A DNA stretch of 64,000 nt from Desulfurivibrio sp. (GTDB lineage Bacteria; Desulfobacterota; Desulfobulbia; Desulfobulbales; SURF-16), in contig QZKJ01000014.1 in the NCBI GenBank assembly GCA_003605035.1, positions 15,191-79,190 of the forward strand. Reading direction: 5' to 3'. The notes below the pieces were generated by a model. The model was not told where the DNA came from and ran no database searches. It saw only the letters and a program-made list of their open reading frames with translations. The translations under genes were made by a program, and so were the position numbers. How positions within the stretch are numbered: position 1 is the stretch's first letter; each line of letters begins with the position of its first letter. Below are positions 36,492 to 47,700 of the stretch, piece by piece.

Positions 36492-39400
36492 TCACGATTC
36501 CCCGAGTTTTGCCGTCTCTTTTTCCATGGCCTGCCGCAGCCGCTCGAACTGCTTCTCCAGTTCACTCATCCGCTGCCGCACCAGGGCCAGGTCCCCGGCC
36601 CTGGCGGCTTTTTCCATCTCCTGGGCCACGGCCTGCATGCACTCGCCGCTGACATTGGCAGCCGCGCCCTTGATGGTATGGATCTGGCGTTCGGCAGCCG
36701 CGGCATCCTCCTCTGCCAGCTGCTCCTGCAACACCTGCAACTGCCGGGGGATGTCCTGCAGAAAACCCCCGATAACGGTGCGCGCCAGGGCCCGGTCGCC
36801 CAGCAGCCGCTGCAGCATGGTCTGCAGATCGAATACGACTGGTTTTCCTGCTGCCTGGGCGCCGTATTCTCCCGCCTGCCGCCTCCTGCTTCTGCCTCCC
36901 GCCCCGGCTCCGAGCCAGCGGGACAGTTTGACGGCCACCTCCGGGGAAGAAACCGGCTTGGCCAGATAATCATTCATGCCGGCGGCCAGACATCTTTCCC
37001 GATCACCCTGCATGGCATGGGCGGTCATGGCGATGATGGGAATGCGGGGATTGAGAATGGCCCCGCCCCGGCGGATCTGCCGGGCAGCCTCATAACCGTC
37101 CATCACCGGCATCTGCACATCCATCAGCACCAGGTCATAGGGAATGGTCTCCAGTATCCTGACCGCCTCCGCGCCATTGGCCACCGCATCGGCATGCAGA
37201 CCGAGTCTGGCGAGAATGCCCAGCGCCACCTGCTGATTGGTGCTGTTATCCTCCACCACCAGAATCCGCGCTCCCGAACCGGCAAACTGCTGCCGCGGCT
37301 CCAGGGGCGAATGGCGGGTCACCAGCGGCTGCCGCTGCGGCGGCAACGCCTCATCCCCCTGGTCCCTCTCCAGCGGAGCCGGGTTGAGGAGCGCGACCAG
37401 GACATTGTGTAATTCATGATGGCGGGCCGGCTTGGGCAGACAGGCGGCAAAGCCGATCTCCGCAAACCGCCTGGCGTCATCCCGGGCGCCGAGCGAGGTC
37501 AGCATCACCAGCCGGGTATCCGCCAGACTGGCATCCTCCTTAATCAGCCGCCCCAGTTCCTCGCCGTCCATGCCCGGCATCTGCATGTCAATGATGGCGA
37601 TGCGGAAGGGATCACCTGCAGCCAGGGCCTGCCGGAGCATGGCCAGGGCCTCCCGGCCGTCACTGGTCCGGGCCGTCCGCATGGACCAGGAGTCCAGCCT
37701 GGTGGCGAGAATCTCGCGGCTGGTGGCGTTGTCGTCCACGATCAGCACCCGCAGGCCGCGCAGGTCAGCCGCCGTCAGCGGTTCAGCCTGCCGTTCTCCC
37801 TGCTGTCTGGCCAGCCTGGCCGTGAACCAGAATTCCGAGCCCCGGCCTTCCTTGCTCACCACCCCCGCTTCACCATGCATCATCTCGGCCAGCTGCCGGG
37901 AGATGGCCAGCCCAAGGCCGGTGCCGCCGTACTGCCTGGTGGTGGAGGCGTCCACCTGGGAAAACTTGTTAAAGAGCAGATGGATCTTATCCCTGGCAAT
38001 GCCGATGCCGGTGTCGCGCACGGCAAAGCGCAACAGGACATCGCCCTCCGGCTCCGAGAGCAGGCTCACCAGGATGGCCACCTCGCCGGCAGGTGTGAAT
38101 TTGATCGCATTAGCCGTCAGATTGGTGAGAATCTGCCGCAGCCGGCCAGGATCGCCACGCAGATAAGCGGGCACGTCCGGATCGATGCAGCAGAGCAGCT
38201 CCAGTCCCTTGGCGTGGGCCCGCAGGGCCATTGACGCGGCAAAGTCATCCAGCAGATCAGACAGATCGAAGTCGAGAATCTCGAGATCCATTTTGCCGGC
38301 CTCGATCTTGGAGAAATCAAGAATATCATTGATGAGTCCGAGCAGCGATTCCGCGCTGGCACGCACCACCTCGGCGTAGCGGCGCTGCTCGTCGGTGAGC
38401 TCCGTTTCCAGCAGCAGGCCGGTCATGCCGATCACGCCGTTCATGGGGGTGCGGATCTCATGGCTCATATTGGCAAGAAATTCGCTCTTGGTGGCGCTGG
38501 CCAGGGCCGCCCTGGCCGCCATGTCGTTGGCTCTGACCGTGGCCTCCTCCAGTTGCCGGTTCATATGGAGCAGTTCCTCCTCGGCCTGCTTGCGGCCGGT
38601 GATATCCAGCATCGCTCCGACCAGCCCGAGCAGGGAGCCGTCGGCGCCGAAAAAGGGGGCCTTGTGGAACATGATCTGCCGGCGAGAGCCATCGGCGTGG
38701 ACAACCGCTGCCTCGTAGATCTGGGTTTTGCCGCTGGCCATCAATTCAAGATCCGCCTCGTGATAGCGCCTGGCCAGGTCGTCCGGGGCGATAGCAAAGG
38801 CAGTCCTGCCGACGATCTCCTCCCTGGGCTTGCCCAGGAACTCGGCAAACAGGGTGTTGCAGCCCAGATAAACCCCCTGCAGGTCCTTGTAGAACAGCGG
38901 TATCGGGATGGCCTCCATGATGGCGGTCAGCAGTTCCCTGCTCTGGCGGATCGCCTCCTCCACCCGCTTGCGATCGGTGATGTCGACAAATGTTTCCAGC
39001 AGTTTCTCCCTGCCCCGGATGCGGATACGCTGCATCGAGGTCAAAATGGACACCTGACTGCCGTCAGGCCGCAGGATGAGCCGATCCGTGTTGTCGCTGC
39101 TCTGGTCCGTATCCTCCGGCTGACAGCTGCCCGACGGGGCAGGACAGACAAAACCGTGGCACTGCCGGCCGACTAACTCCTCGGCCGGCGTGCCGAGGAG
39201 TCTGGCAGCCCAGGGATTCACCCGTTCAATCAGCCGGGTGCGGGCATCGATGATCATCACCCCGGCGCTGAGGTTATTGATCAGCAGACGCTGCAGACTC
39301 TCGCTCTCACCCAGGGCGGCGGTGCGCTCCTGCACCAGCAGTTCCAGCTCCTCCCGCCGGTGGGCGACAAAACCGACCACCAAGGCAATGGCGCCGGTCA

Positions 39401-41006
39401 TCACCAGGCCGGCGAGCACGATAAGCCAGCCGGCGCCGGCCGGGTAGAGCGCGGCAAAGGCAGGTCCCGGCCTGACCACCACGGCAAGGGTTTTGCCGAA
39501 GACGAACAGGGGACGGACCACCGGCAGCGGCTCCGCCGGCGCCGTCTGGTTTTCCGCCGCTGCGGTGGAAGCAAGCAGCAGGGCAGCTTCTCCCGGTCGC
39601 AGCTGATACAGATCCAGACTGATGGCGGGTTTGGTCAGGCTTGCGCCAGCAGCGCGCCGCAGCAGCAGGGAAAGATCCAGCACGGCCCCGGCAAAGCCCT
39701 GCAGACTGTCGGGTTGGCTGCCGACAAAAACAGGCCGGTAGACCAGTAGTCTTGGCGCCCCCCCGCTCTCCTGCACCAGGGGGATGGGGTCGGTGCAGGC
39801 GGCCAGGCCGCTGCGCGCCGCCTCTTCCAGGGCAGCCAGCCGGACCGGCTCCGAAGCGAGATCAAAACCCAGGGCAGGTTCATTGCCTGCCAGGGGCGCC
39901 ACGTAGAGCACCGGATAATAGACCTCGCGGCCGGCCGCCGGCTGCCGGTTTCCCTCACTGTCCAGTTGCCAGATCAGGTAATCAGAGAGCCCCTCCTGCC
40001 GCTGCTGCTGCTCGAAATGGGCCTTTTGCTGCGCCGCTACGGCCGGAATCCACTGCCAGGCCTGGATGGTGTTTTTACTGGCCAGAAAATCGGTAAATGT
40101 GGCAAACTCCTCGCTGTTCACCTGCTGGCTGGAGGCGATGAAACGGGCCAGGGCCTCGAGCTCAATGTCCGTCAGCTCGTCAAAAACCGCGGCAACCCGG
40201 CCGGTCTGGCTGTCCACCAGTTGGAAAAACCTTTCGGGATGCCAATGGTTCCCCGCCTGATAATCCGCCCAGGCCGCCGCCAGGGTCAGGGTCAGGCCGA
40301 TGGCTGCGGCAAGCATCGCTTCCGCATGCCGCAGCCAGCCGGCATAGCCGTTCCCGCGCCGGCCGCGCCAGGACAGCACAAGGTTGCCGGCCAGCATAAT
40401 CCCTGCCAGGGCCACGGTGAGCAGCAGAGGGAAAAAAGCGGCCCGCACCGTCTCCCACTGCCAGTGGCGGGCGTCGATATCCATGCCCAGCACCGCAAGC
40501 AGCCTGCCGGTGGTCGGATCCACCAGCGGGATCAGCGCGGTGATCCAGGATCCCCAGCGGTCAGTGACCGGGCCCACCGCTGCCTCGCCGGCCTCAGCAA
40601 AAACCCGCAGATACTCCGGCGAGATCTCCTCATAAATCTGGCCCGCCGGGGATTCATCAGGGGAACCGGCCTGCTCCGAATCCGCATAGAAAAAAACCTT
40701 GCCGTCCGCCCTGCGGCCCATCAGGTAGAGAAAACGGCAGTGCGGAAAGACGGTCAGGGTGGCGGCAAGCTGTTGTTTGAAGCGCTGGTATTCCGGCAGG
40801 CCGAGATCCATCTCGGTGCCGGACAGCGCCTTGACACGACGCACGTCGATGGCCTGCGCCACCAGACGGGTATGGCGAAGCAGGTCCTCACGCAGGCGGC
40901 GGTCAGCCGTCTGCACCGACCACCAGGCCAGCAGCGCTCCGGCGAGCAACACCGCCGCGATGGCGCCGCCCGGCCACAGCTTCGTACCTCCGCTCACTCT
41001 GCTCAT
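36492..41006 (-). CDS. Membrane hybrid histidine kinase (CHASE, PAS x2, HisKA, HATPase, REC x2, Hpt)
   Basis: CHASE motif [21 protein letters not shown]-box [23 protein letters not shown], two receivers and Hpt HTIKGAA. Start estimated at ATG 41006 (the ORF track extends to 41153). Confidence 0.92.
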   Translation of the reverse strand: MSRVSGGTKLWPGGAIAAVLLAGALLAWWSVQTADRRLREDLLRHTRLVAQAIDVRRVKALSGTEMDLGLPEYQRFKQQLAATLTVFPHCRFLYLMGRRADGKVFFYADSEQAGSPDESPAGQIYEEISPEYLRVFAEAGEAAVGPVTDRWGSWITALIPLVDPTTGRLLAVLGMDIDARHWQWETVRAAFFPLLLTVALAGIMLAGNLVLSWRGRRGNGYAGWLRHAEAMLAAAIGLTLTLAAAWADYQAGNHWHPERFFQLVDSQTGRVAAVFDELTDIELEALARFIASSQQVNSEEFATFTDFLASKNTIQAWQWIPAVAAQQKAHFEQQQRQEGLSDYLIWQLDSEGNRQPAAGREVYYPVLYVAPLAGNEPALGFDLASEPVRLAALEEAARSGLAACTDPIPLVQESGGAPRLLVYRPVFVGSQPDSLQGFAGAVLDLSLLLRRAAGASLTKPAISLDLYQLRPGEAALLLASTAAAENQTAPAEPLPVVRPLFVFGKTLAVVVRPGPAFAALYPAGAGWLIVLAGLVMTGAIALVVGFVAHRREELELLVQERTAALGESESLQRLLINNLSAGVMIIDARTRLIERVNPWAARLLGTPAEELVGRQCHGFVCPAPSGSCQPEDTDQSSDNTDRLILRPDGSQVSILTSMQRIRIRGREKLLETFVDITDRKRVEEAIRQSRELLTAIMEAIPIPLFYKDLQGVYLGCNTLFAEFLGKPREEIVGRTAFAIAPDDLARRYHEADLELMASGKTQIYEAAVVHADGSRRQIMFHKAPFFGADGSLLGLVGAMLDITGRKQAEEELLHMNRQLEEATVRANDMAARAALASATKSEFLANMSHEIRTPMNGVIGMTGLLLETELTDEQRRYAEVVRASAESLLGLINDILDFSKIEAGKMDLEILDFDLSDLLDDFAASMALRAHAKGLELLCCIDPDVPAYLRGDPGRLRQILTNLTANAIKFTPAGEVAILVSLLSEPEGDVLLRFAVRDTGIGIARDKIHLLFNKFSQVDASTTRQYGGTGLGLAISRQLAEMMHGEAGVVSKEGRGSEFWFTARLARQQGERQAEPLTAADLRGLRVLIVDDNATSREILATRLDSWSMRTARTSDGREALAMLRQALAAGDPFRIAIIDMQMPGMDGEELGRLIKEDASLADTRLVMLTSLGARDDARRFAEIGFAACLPKPARHHELHNVLVALLNPAPLERDQGDEALPPQRQPLVTRHSPLEPRQQFAGSGARILVVEDNSTNQQVALGILARLGLHADAVANGAEAVRILETIPYDLVLMDVQMPVMDGYEAARQIRRGGAILNPRIPIIAMTAHAMQGDRERCLAAGMNDYLAKPVSSPEVAVKLSRWLGAGAGGRSRRRQAGEYGAQAAGKPVVFDLQTMLQRLLGDRALARTVIGGFLQDIPRQLQVLQEQLAEEDAAAAERQIHTIKGAAANVSGECMQAVAQEMEKAARAGDLALVRQRMSELEKQFERLRQAMEKETAKLGES

Positions 41007-41255
41007 CTGCTTAGCGCTCAAAAAGGCGTATCCAGTTCTCTGGTTGTCGGCACCCGGGACAAGCCGGCACACACAGGCGTTCATGGGGAATCGAGTCAAG
41101 CCGGCAGGCCTGGCTGACCACGGAAAACTGCCACTCTGGCAGGTTTCGGCCAAGCAACCCGCCCAAGGCGATCCGAAATAAGAAAAATCATATCACAAAC
41201 CCGGAGACAATGTCGTTTTTTTCCGGAGTGGCAGAGCCCCTCCCGCCCATTGCAT

Positions 41256-41575
41256 CTTCAGACAACCTGATCTCGGCAGATTTTACTTTGATGCCAGGGT
41301 TGCGATTCGAGAAGAGTGCCTAAAGTACTTAAAATGCCCTTGTGCCCTTGTGGGTACTTGTGCCCCTTGTGGGTACTTGTGCCCCTTGTGGGTACTTGTG
41401 CCCCTTGTGGGTATAAAGTACTTGAAGTTGCGGTACTATCTGAACAGATAACTCCTTTAACTTTAGGCACTTTAAGTACTTTAGCGCACTTTAGGCACTT
41501 TGCCGGTAACAGGACAGAATCCCTGATGGTGGCATAACCTATTGAAATTGCGTCACGACATCAGGAGTTCTGAAC
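41256..41575 (+). mobile_element. Non-autonomous MITE-like element (copy A) with inverted 9-mer repeat arms
   Basis: Colinear with 54623-54960. Ends CTTCAGACAACCTGA / TCAGGAGTTCTGAAC form an imperfect inverted repeat. GTGCCTAAA-type 9-mers face TTTAGGCAC-type 9-mers around a TATCTG-AA-CAGATA core. Confidence 0.8.
41339..41413 (-). repeat. Tandem array of four 19-nt units CTTGTGCCCCTTGTGGGTA (first unit 18 nt)
   Basis: Read directly. Inserted between ATGCC and TAAAG of a 9-mer repeat. Confidence 0.95.
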
Positions 41576-41632
41576 ATGGCCAGAGAAATGCTCGGCACGG
41601 CACTCATTTCAGTACCCCCTTGAGGGGTATAA

Positions 41633-41682
41633 GGAGCCGTAACGAAATTGAAAAAATAGCCATGTTTTTCCGTAACGGCTCC
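41633..41682. mobile_element. 50-bp miniature inverted-repeat element with TAA flanks
   Basis: TIR GGAGCCGTAACG / CGTAACGGCTCC (11/12 match), flanked on both sides by TAA. Confidence 0.55.
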
Positions 41683-41744
41683 TAATACTTGACAAACCGG
41701 ATTTCCCTGTTATTGAATAACGATCGAGACCTTTTCCCGCCAGC

Positions 41745-42701
41745 ATGGCAAAACAGCGGAGAACCATCGGCATGAACAAGGCATTGCTGCTCATGGCCTG
41801 CCTGCTCCTCCTGCCGGGCGCGGCAACCAAAGGGAATGCCGCCAGGCAGAGCGAAACGGGTACGGCGCCGCAGCAGGAAAGCAAAGCCCGGCCAGCGGCT
41901 AGAACCGGGGCCGCCGGCCCGGCGGAGAAGACCCTCGTCATCTGCGGCTCCGGTGACAGCCAGAATCTGCTGCGCCAGCTGGCCAAGGCCTATGAACAGT
42001 CCCATGCCGGGGTTCATCTTGACGTGCCGGATTCCATCGGCAGCGGCGGCGGCATCAAGGCCGTGGCGGCGGGCAAATGTGATCTGGGCCGGGTGGCCCG
42101 GCCATTGAAAAAAAAGGAACAGGATCTCCGGCTTGCCTATCTGCTCTTTGCCGACTCGCCGGTGGTTTTTGCGGTCAACAGCAGCGTGAGGGGAATCAGC
42201 AGCATCAGCAGCGGGCAGGTGGTCGGCATCTTCTCGGGCGCCATCACCCGCTGGAGCGAAATAGGCGGTCCCCCAGAGAAAATTTACGTGGCCAACCGGG
42301 AAAAAGGCGACTCATCCCGCACCATTATCGAAAAGCAGCTGCCGGGCTTTGCCGCAATCGACAAACCGGTGGGCCAGATCCTCTATACCACCCAGGAAAA
42401 CGTTGCCGCCATCAACCGGTACAAGCACACCATCGGCTACGCCAGCCTGTCCGAGGCCGGCAACCAGCCGAACCTGGTTCTTCTCCGCCTTGACAACGTT
42501 GCCCCGGACCGGGAAAACGTGCGCAGGAAAAGGTACAAACTTGTCGCCCCCTTTGGTCTGGTTTGGAAAGATCCGCCTGACCAGGAGGTGAAAAACTTCA
42601 TTGATTTTCTTTACAGCCCGGCGGCAGAAAAGATCATGGCTGACCATGGCGTTTTTTCAGCCTTGCGGAAACGGGAGCACCATGATTCGACATCGCCATA
42701 A
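41745..42701 (+). CDS. PstS-like periplasmic substrate-binding protein
   Basis: Signal peptide, ICGSGDS, SIGSGGGIKAV, IFSGAITRWSEIGG and NREKGDSSR. The start may be ATG 41772. Confidence 0.85.
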   Translation: MAKQRRTIGMNKALLLMACLLLLPGAATKGNAARQSETGTAPQQESKARPAARTGAAGPAEKTLVICGSGDSQNLLRQLAKAYEQSHAGVHLDVPDSIGSGGGIKAVAAGKCDLGRVARPLKKKEQDLRLAYLLFADSPVVFAVNSSVRGISSISSGQVVGIFSGAITRWSEIGGPPEKIYVANREKGDSSRTIIEKQLPGFAAIDKPVGQILYTTQENVAAINRYKHTIGYASLSEAGNQPNLVLLRLDNVAPDRENVRRKRYKLVAPFGLVWKDPPDQEVKNFIDFLYSPAAEKIMADHGVFSALRKREHHDSTSP

Positions 42702-42786
42702 TATAGCAGGCGGCAAGCCTCTCCCGGGGCAGGCTGCCGTTTTTCCGGCTCCGGCTGCCGGCCCTTTCACCATGTAGCGGTCCGCC

Positions 42787-44760
42787 ATGTTCCGTTCGCT
42801 CAAACTGACCCTGCTGCTCTCCCACACCGGCCTCATTCTGCTCACCAATCTCCTGCTGGCCAATGTTTCCTACTTTTATCTGATCAACACCCTGGAAAAC
42901 AACCAGAAACAGCATCTGGCCTTCATTACCCGGCATGCGGTGCAAAGCGTCAACGGCTATCTCAAAAACAAGGCAGACCTGCTGGAACGGATTGCCGACG
43001 GTCCGGAGGTGATCAATTACGCCATCAACTTCCGGGAGGCGGCCCTTGCCTCCTACCTGGCCGGATATCACAGCAGTTTTCCCAATCTCAGCTTCATCAA
43101 CCAGCAAGGCATCGAAGAACTGCGGGTAACCGACGGCGAGATTGCCCAGAATGTGGCTGATTACCATGACAGCCCTTTTTTCAGCAAATGCCTGGCCCAT
43201 CCGAACCAGGTGCTCATCCTGCCGCAGGAACCGGCGCTGCAGGCCAGGGAGCCGATGCTGCAGCTGGCCATTGCCAAGCATCAATATTTTGAGGACCGCT
43301 TTGCCGGGCTGCTGCTGGCCACCCTGCCCTACCAGAAAATTGCCGCAAGCCTGACTGATATCAGATTCAGCGCCGCAGGCTATCTGCTGCTAAGCGACGG
43401 CAACGATACCATCATCACCATTACCTACCCAAGCTCCCGGCCCCAGGCGGAGCCGATAAAAATCAGCCGCAGCCAGGATGAAGAGGGGCTGCCCGCCTTT
43501 CTCAGCGCCAAAGACCCGCAGCGTATCCCATCCTTTCAACGCACCACCGTGCGAGGCATTGATTCCCTGGTCGCCGCCGCCTTCATGCCCGAGCTGCAGT
43601 GGACGGTCATGACCGTGCTGCCCCATGCCGAATTCATGCAGCAGGTGAAAAAGCTGCGGATCAGCTTTATTATCCTGTTCGTCGTCTTCTTCGTGCTGGC
43701 CGGCATTCTCTCCTATCTCCTGGCCAACGGCATCACCAGGCCGCTCGCCCGGCTCACCCGGGCGGCCAAGGCCATTGCCCAGGGAAATCTCAATGAAATC
43801 ATCGCCAGCAATTCACAAGACGAGATCGGCAAACTGATCGGCTCCTTCAACACCATGACCAGGAATCTGCAGGAGACCACCATTTCCCGGGATTACTTCA
43901 ACACCATTCTCAGCTCCATGCAGGAGAGCCTGATTGTCCTCGGCCGGGACGGCAGGATCGAGAGCATCAACAACTCCACCATTGTCATGCTCGGTTACGA
44001 GAAACAGGAGCTGACCGGCAAACCGCTGGAATTCATCCTGAAAAAAGACAAGGCCGTGGCAAACTGCCCTTTCAGCAACCTGGATGAAGGAGAGATCCTC
44101 AGGGAATGCGAACTGATCTATCTGACCAAGTGGGGCCGGGAGATCCCGGTCCACTTCAGCGCTTCGCCCATGAAGAACAGCCATGGCGAGATTTACGGCA
44201 TTGTCTGCCTGGCCATTAATATCTCCAGACGCAAAAAAATGGAAACGGCCCTGCGGCAGAGCGAGGCCAAACTGCGGGAGATCGCCATCACCGATGAGCT
44301 GACCTCTTTGCTCAACCGGCGCGGCTTCATGACCATGGCCGCCAAACAGCTGCAGATGGCCAGACGCCAGGAAGGCCATGTCTTCCTGCTGTATGCCGAC
44401 GTGGACAATCTGAAATGGGTCAATGACCACCTGGGCCACCATGCCGGCGATCAGGTGCTGACCGAGACGGCGGACCTGCTGCGCGCCACCTTCAGGGACT
44501 CGGATACCATCGCCCGGCTGGGCGGCGATGAATTTGCCGTGCTGCTCATTGATCCGGCCGACGAAAAATCCCTCATCAGCCGTCTGGAGCTGAACCTGCA
44601 GGCCAGAAACAGCCAGGAGCAGCGCAGCTACGAGCTGTCGCTCAGCATCGGCGTGGTCCGCTATGATCCGGAACATCCCAGTTCCATTGAAGAGCTGATG
44701 AACCGGGCGGACAACCTGATGTACGAATGCAAGCTGCAGAAAAAGCAGAGGCGGCGCTGA
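42787..44760 (+). CDS. Cache-HAMP-PAS diguanylate cyclase
   Basis: Two TM segments, HAMP (ITRPLARL...DEIGKLIGSFNTM), PAS, RDSD I-site and RLGGDEF. Confidence 0.93.
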   Translation: MFRSLKLTLLLSHTGLILLTNLLLANVSYFYLINTLENNQKQHLAFITRHAVQSVNGYLKNKADLLERIADGPEVINYAINFREAALASYLAGYHSSFPNLSFINQQGIEELRVTDGEIAQNVADYHDSPFFSKCLAHPNQVLILPQEPALQAREPMLQLAIAKHQYFEDRFAGLLLATLPYQKIAASLTDIRFSAAGYLLLSDGNDTIITITYPSSRPQAEPIKISRSQDEEGLPAFLSAKDPQRIPSFQRTTVRGIDSLVAAAFMPELQWTVMTVLPHAEFMQQVKKLRISFIILFVVFFVLAGILSYLLANGITRPLARLTRAAKAIAQGNLNEIIASNSQDEIGKLIGSFNTMTRNLQETTISRDYFNTILSSMQESLIVLGRDGRIESINNSTIVMLGYEKQELTGKPLEFILKKDKAVANCPFSNLDEGEILRECELIYLTKWGREIPVHFSASPMKNSHGEIYGIVCLAINISRRKKMETALRQSEAKLREIAITDELTSLLNRRGFMTMAAKQLQMARRQEGHVFLLYADVDNLKWVNDHLGHHAGDQVLTETADLLRATFRDSDTIARLGGDEFAVLLIDPADEKSLISRLELNLQARNSQEQRSYELSLSIGVVRYDPEHPSSIEELMNRADNLMYECKLQKKQRRR

Positions 44761-44780
44761 CCGGCTGACGCCGCGACCCG

Positions 44781-47700
44781 TTACAGCTGATGGATCTGGA
44801 TATGCGCCTGGCCCGCCAGTTGCCGGGCATCCTCCACCACCTGCCGGTGGTGGGTAAAGAGAATCACCTGGGTTTTTTCCGCCAGGCCGGCCAGCACCCT
44901 GATGGTGGCCTGCACCCGCTCGTCATCAAAGTTGATGAGAATGTCATCCACGATAAAGGGCATGGTTTCCCCGCGCTTAAGCCGCCATTCCAGGGTGGCC
45001 AGCCGCAGGGCCAGGTAGAGCTGATCACGGGTGCCGGAACTCATCCCCTGCACATACACACCCCGGGCCTCGTCAGGTCGCAGGCCGGCCAGCACCGGAT
45101 GACCGTTGTCCGCCACATCGGTGCGCAGGCCGGCAAAGGAGCCCATGGTCAATTCCCGGAAATAGGCTGAGGCCAGCTTGAGAATCGGGTCCTGATGCTG
45201 CTGCCGGTAGCGTTCGATTTCCCGCTCCAGCACCTTGGCCGCCAGCCGCACCCGCACATAGCGCTCAGCCAGCCGCCGCATCCTGGCCAGCACCTGCTCG
45301 GCTTTTTCCTCTGCCTCGGCGGCCAGCGGGCTGCCGTCCATTTTCGCCAGTTCGTTCTTTTCCCGGCCGATTACCTCAAAGAGTTCATCAATCTGCGGAC
45401 TCAGCTCTTCGTTGATCTCTCTTGCCAGGACATCGATCTCTCCCTGCAGGTCTGTTGAGTGGAGACCCCGGGTCTCCCGGCTGATTTCCTCCAGGGACAG
45501 GCCCTCGGCAATTTCAGCCAAGGTCGCCTCGACCTCAACGAGCATCTTCTTGATTTCCCGGCATTCAGCAGACCTGGCAATCGCCCTGTCCAGCTCCTCG
45601 CTGTCGGCACAGCCGGCCAGCCGCAGAAACTCATCCAGCTGGCCATGCAGGCTCTGCAAGGTTTCCTCGCCATAACGGATCTCCGCCGCCAGATTTTCCA
45701 TGTCCTCGCCATATTTGGCCAGCAGGGTCCTGTCCTCATTCGCCTTACCCAGCATATCCTGCAGCCTGGTCACCGCCTCTTCCAGCGGCGCCCTGGCCAG
45801 TTCCGGGGCGACCAGCTGCAGGAGATTTCTCACCTCCTGCTCATATTGCCCGGCATCCCGGTCAATACCGTCAATGCGCTTGCGGTATCCTTCGGCCTCC
45901 TTCAGCTTGGCCAGGCAGTTCTGCAGATCATCGAGCATCGCATTGACATCAGCCGGCTCCACCCTGCCGCCTGCCGCAGCCAGCCCCTGCAGGGCGTCCT
46001 GCCATCTGCCCTGCCACTCCAGCAAGGCCGCGTCCGCCGACTGCAGATCCAGGACGGCAGCGGCCAGGCCCGCCAGCAGCTCCTGCCTTTTCTCGGTAAG
46101 CCTGGCCCGACTGAGCTGACTTTTCTCGTTTTCCTCCGCTACTCTTTCCCCGCAAAGAATGACCGGCTCCAGTTCGTCAGAGGAGAAATCCCGGCCCTCG
46201 CCCAAGCCCTGCAGCTCCCTGAGCAGACCCTCTCGCAACCTCAGCCGCAGCCCTTTTTTTTCGTCAAGCTCCTGTTGTTTTTTGCCGATCTCCTTTACCC
46301 TGGCCCGAATGGCTGAAAATTCATGGAGCCAGGCTGCCATTTCCGCAGGAGAAAGGGGCTCGATGCCGCTTTGCCGCCAAACCTCCTGCCAGGCAACGGC
46401 AAAGTCCTGCCCCTGCCCGGCAAGTTCCTGCCGGCGGCAACAGATTTCCTGTCTTGCCGCCTCCAGAGCTTCCAGGCGGGCTCTACTGGCGGCAAAACCG
46501 GCTGCCCGGTCCGCCTCCCGGCGCAACCGGTCGGCCAGCCTGTCGGAATCGGACACCTGTTTTTCATAGGCATCCGGCAACGGGAGCGACGGGTCATACT
46601 CGCGGCTTTGCCGGTCAACATCCTCGCCGGCAAGCCACTGCCGGCGCAGCAGACGCCAGCCTTTGTCCCGCTTGCCGCGGACCTGGGCAAGTTCCTCTTC
46701 GGTGGGGACTTCTCCTCCGTATTCAATCCTTTTTTTTTCGGCAAGCGCCTGTTGCCATTCCCTTTCCGCGTCCCGCTCATCTCTGGCCAGCTGACGCCTG
46801 CTCTCCTCCAGTTGCTGATAACGACCGGCAAAGTCCTTGACCGTTTCCGGCAGGGGCAAGGGCAGATCAACAACCCGGGACAGCTCACCCGACCAGCGGC
46901 CCAGCCGGGCGAGATCAGCCGCGTTCTCCCTGGCATCACCTGCGATCTCGCGGATTTTTGCCCTTATCTCCCCATCGATGGCGCCGGCTTTTCTAGCCAG
47001 CTTCACCGTTTGCCCCAACCCACCCATCTCCCTGGCCTCCGGCAACCGGGCCAGGGCCTTGGCAACAGCCTCGAGCTGCCGTTCCGCCTCTGCGGCCTGT
47101 TTTTTTGCCTGGCTCACCTGCAGCTCCAGGGTATGGTGACTGTTGATCAGATCCTGGATTGTTTTTTTCCTGAGCAGCACCGGCCGCAGGCTCTCCACCT
47201 CGGTCAGCGGCAGATCCGGCCGGATGGGCTTGAGCAGCTCCGCCGCCTCCATGCGCTCGCTGGTCCGCATTCCTTCAAGTCTTGCGCGGTCCCGCGTCCC
47301 TTTGCGGTATTCACCCAGTCGCTGGTGCAGATCAGCTATGGCCCCGCTGTGCTCAACCAGGAGCTGATTGACCGCTATGCCTTGCTTCCGGGTGACGAGC
47401 AGGCCCAGACTGGTGCGGGCCTTCTGCAGCTGCAGCCCGGTTGCCCGGAGCTGCTGCTCTACCTCCCGCTTCTTGTCGGCCAGATCCAGGGGCAACATCC
47501 TTACCTCACCCAGTTCCTGCAGCTGCTGCAGCAGCTTGGCCCGCCTGGCGAGAAAAGGAATGGCCCGTTTCAGCCGCTCAAGATGATGCCGCTGCCGCTC
47601 CCTGGACTCGCGCAGCTGCTGCAGCCGCTGCCGTTCCTGCTCGGCGCGGACGAGCTGATTGCGGTGCTCCTGCCACTGCCGGCTGGAAAGGCTGACCTGC

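Noticed and set aside
36404-36565. N-terminal extension of the response regulator ORF overlapping the upstream kinase
   Set aside because: The receiver domain starts at MRILIAEDD (36403) with an SD (AAGGAG) just upstream. The extension has no protein-like features.
41010-41220. Possible cyclic-dinucleotide riboswitch upstream of the CHASE kinase
   Set aside because: A hairpin is present (AAAACTGCCACTCTGGCAGGTTT), but I could not match the GEMM consensus. A Rfam search would be needed.
41258-41537. Short ORFs 41258-41470 (-) and 41316-41537 (+)
   Set aside because: They are translations of the tandem repeat and element, and are not preserved in the second copy.
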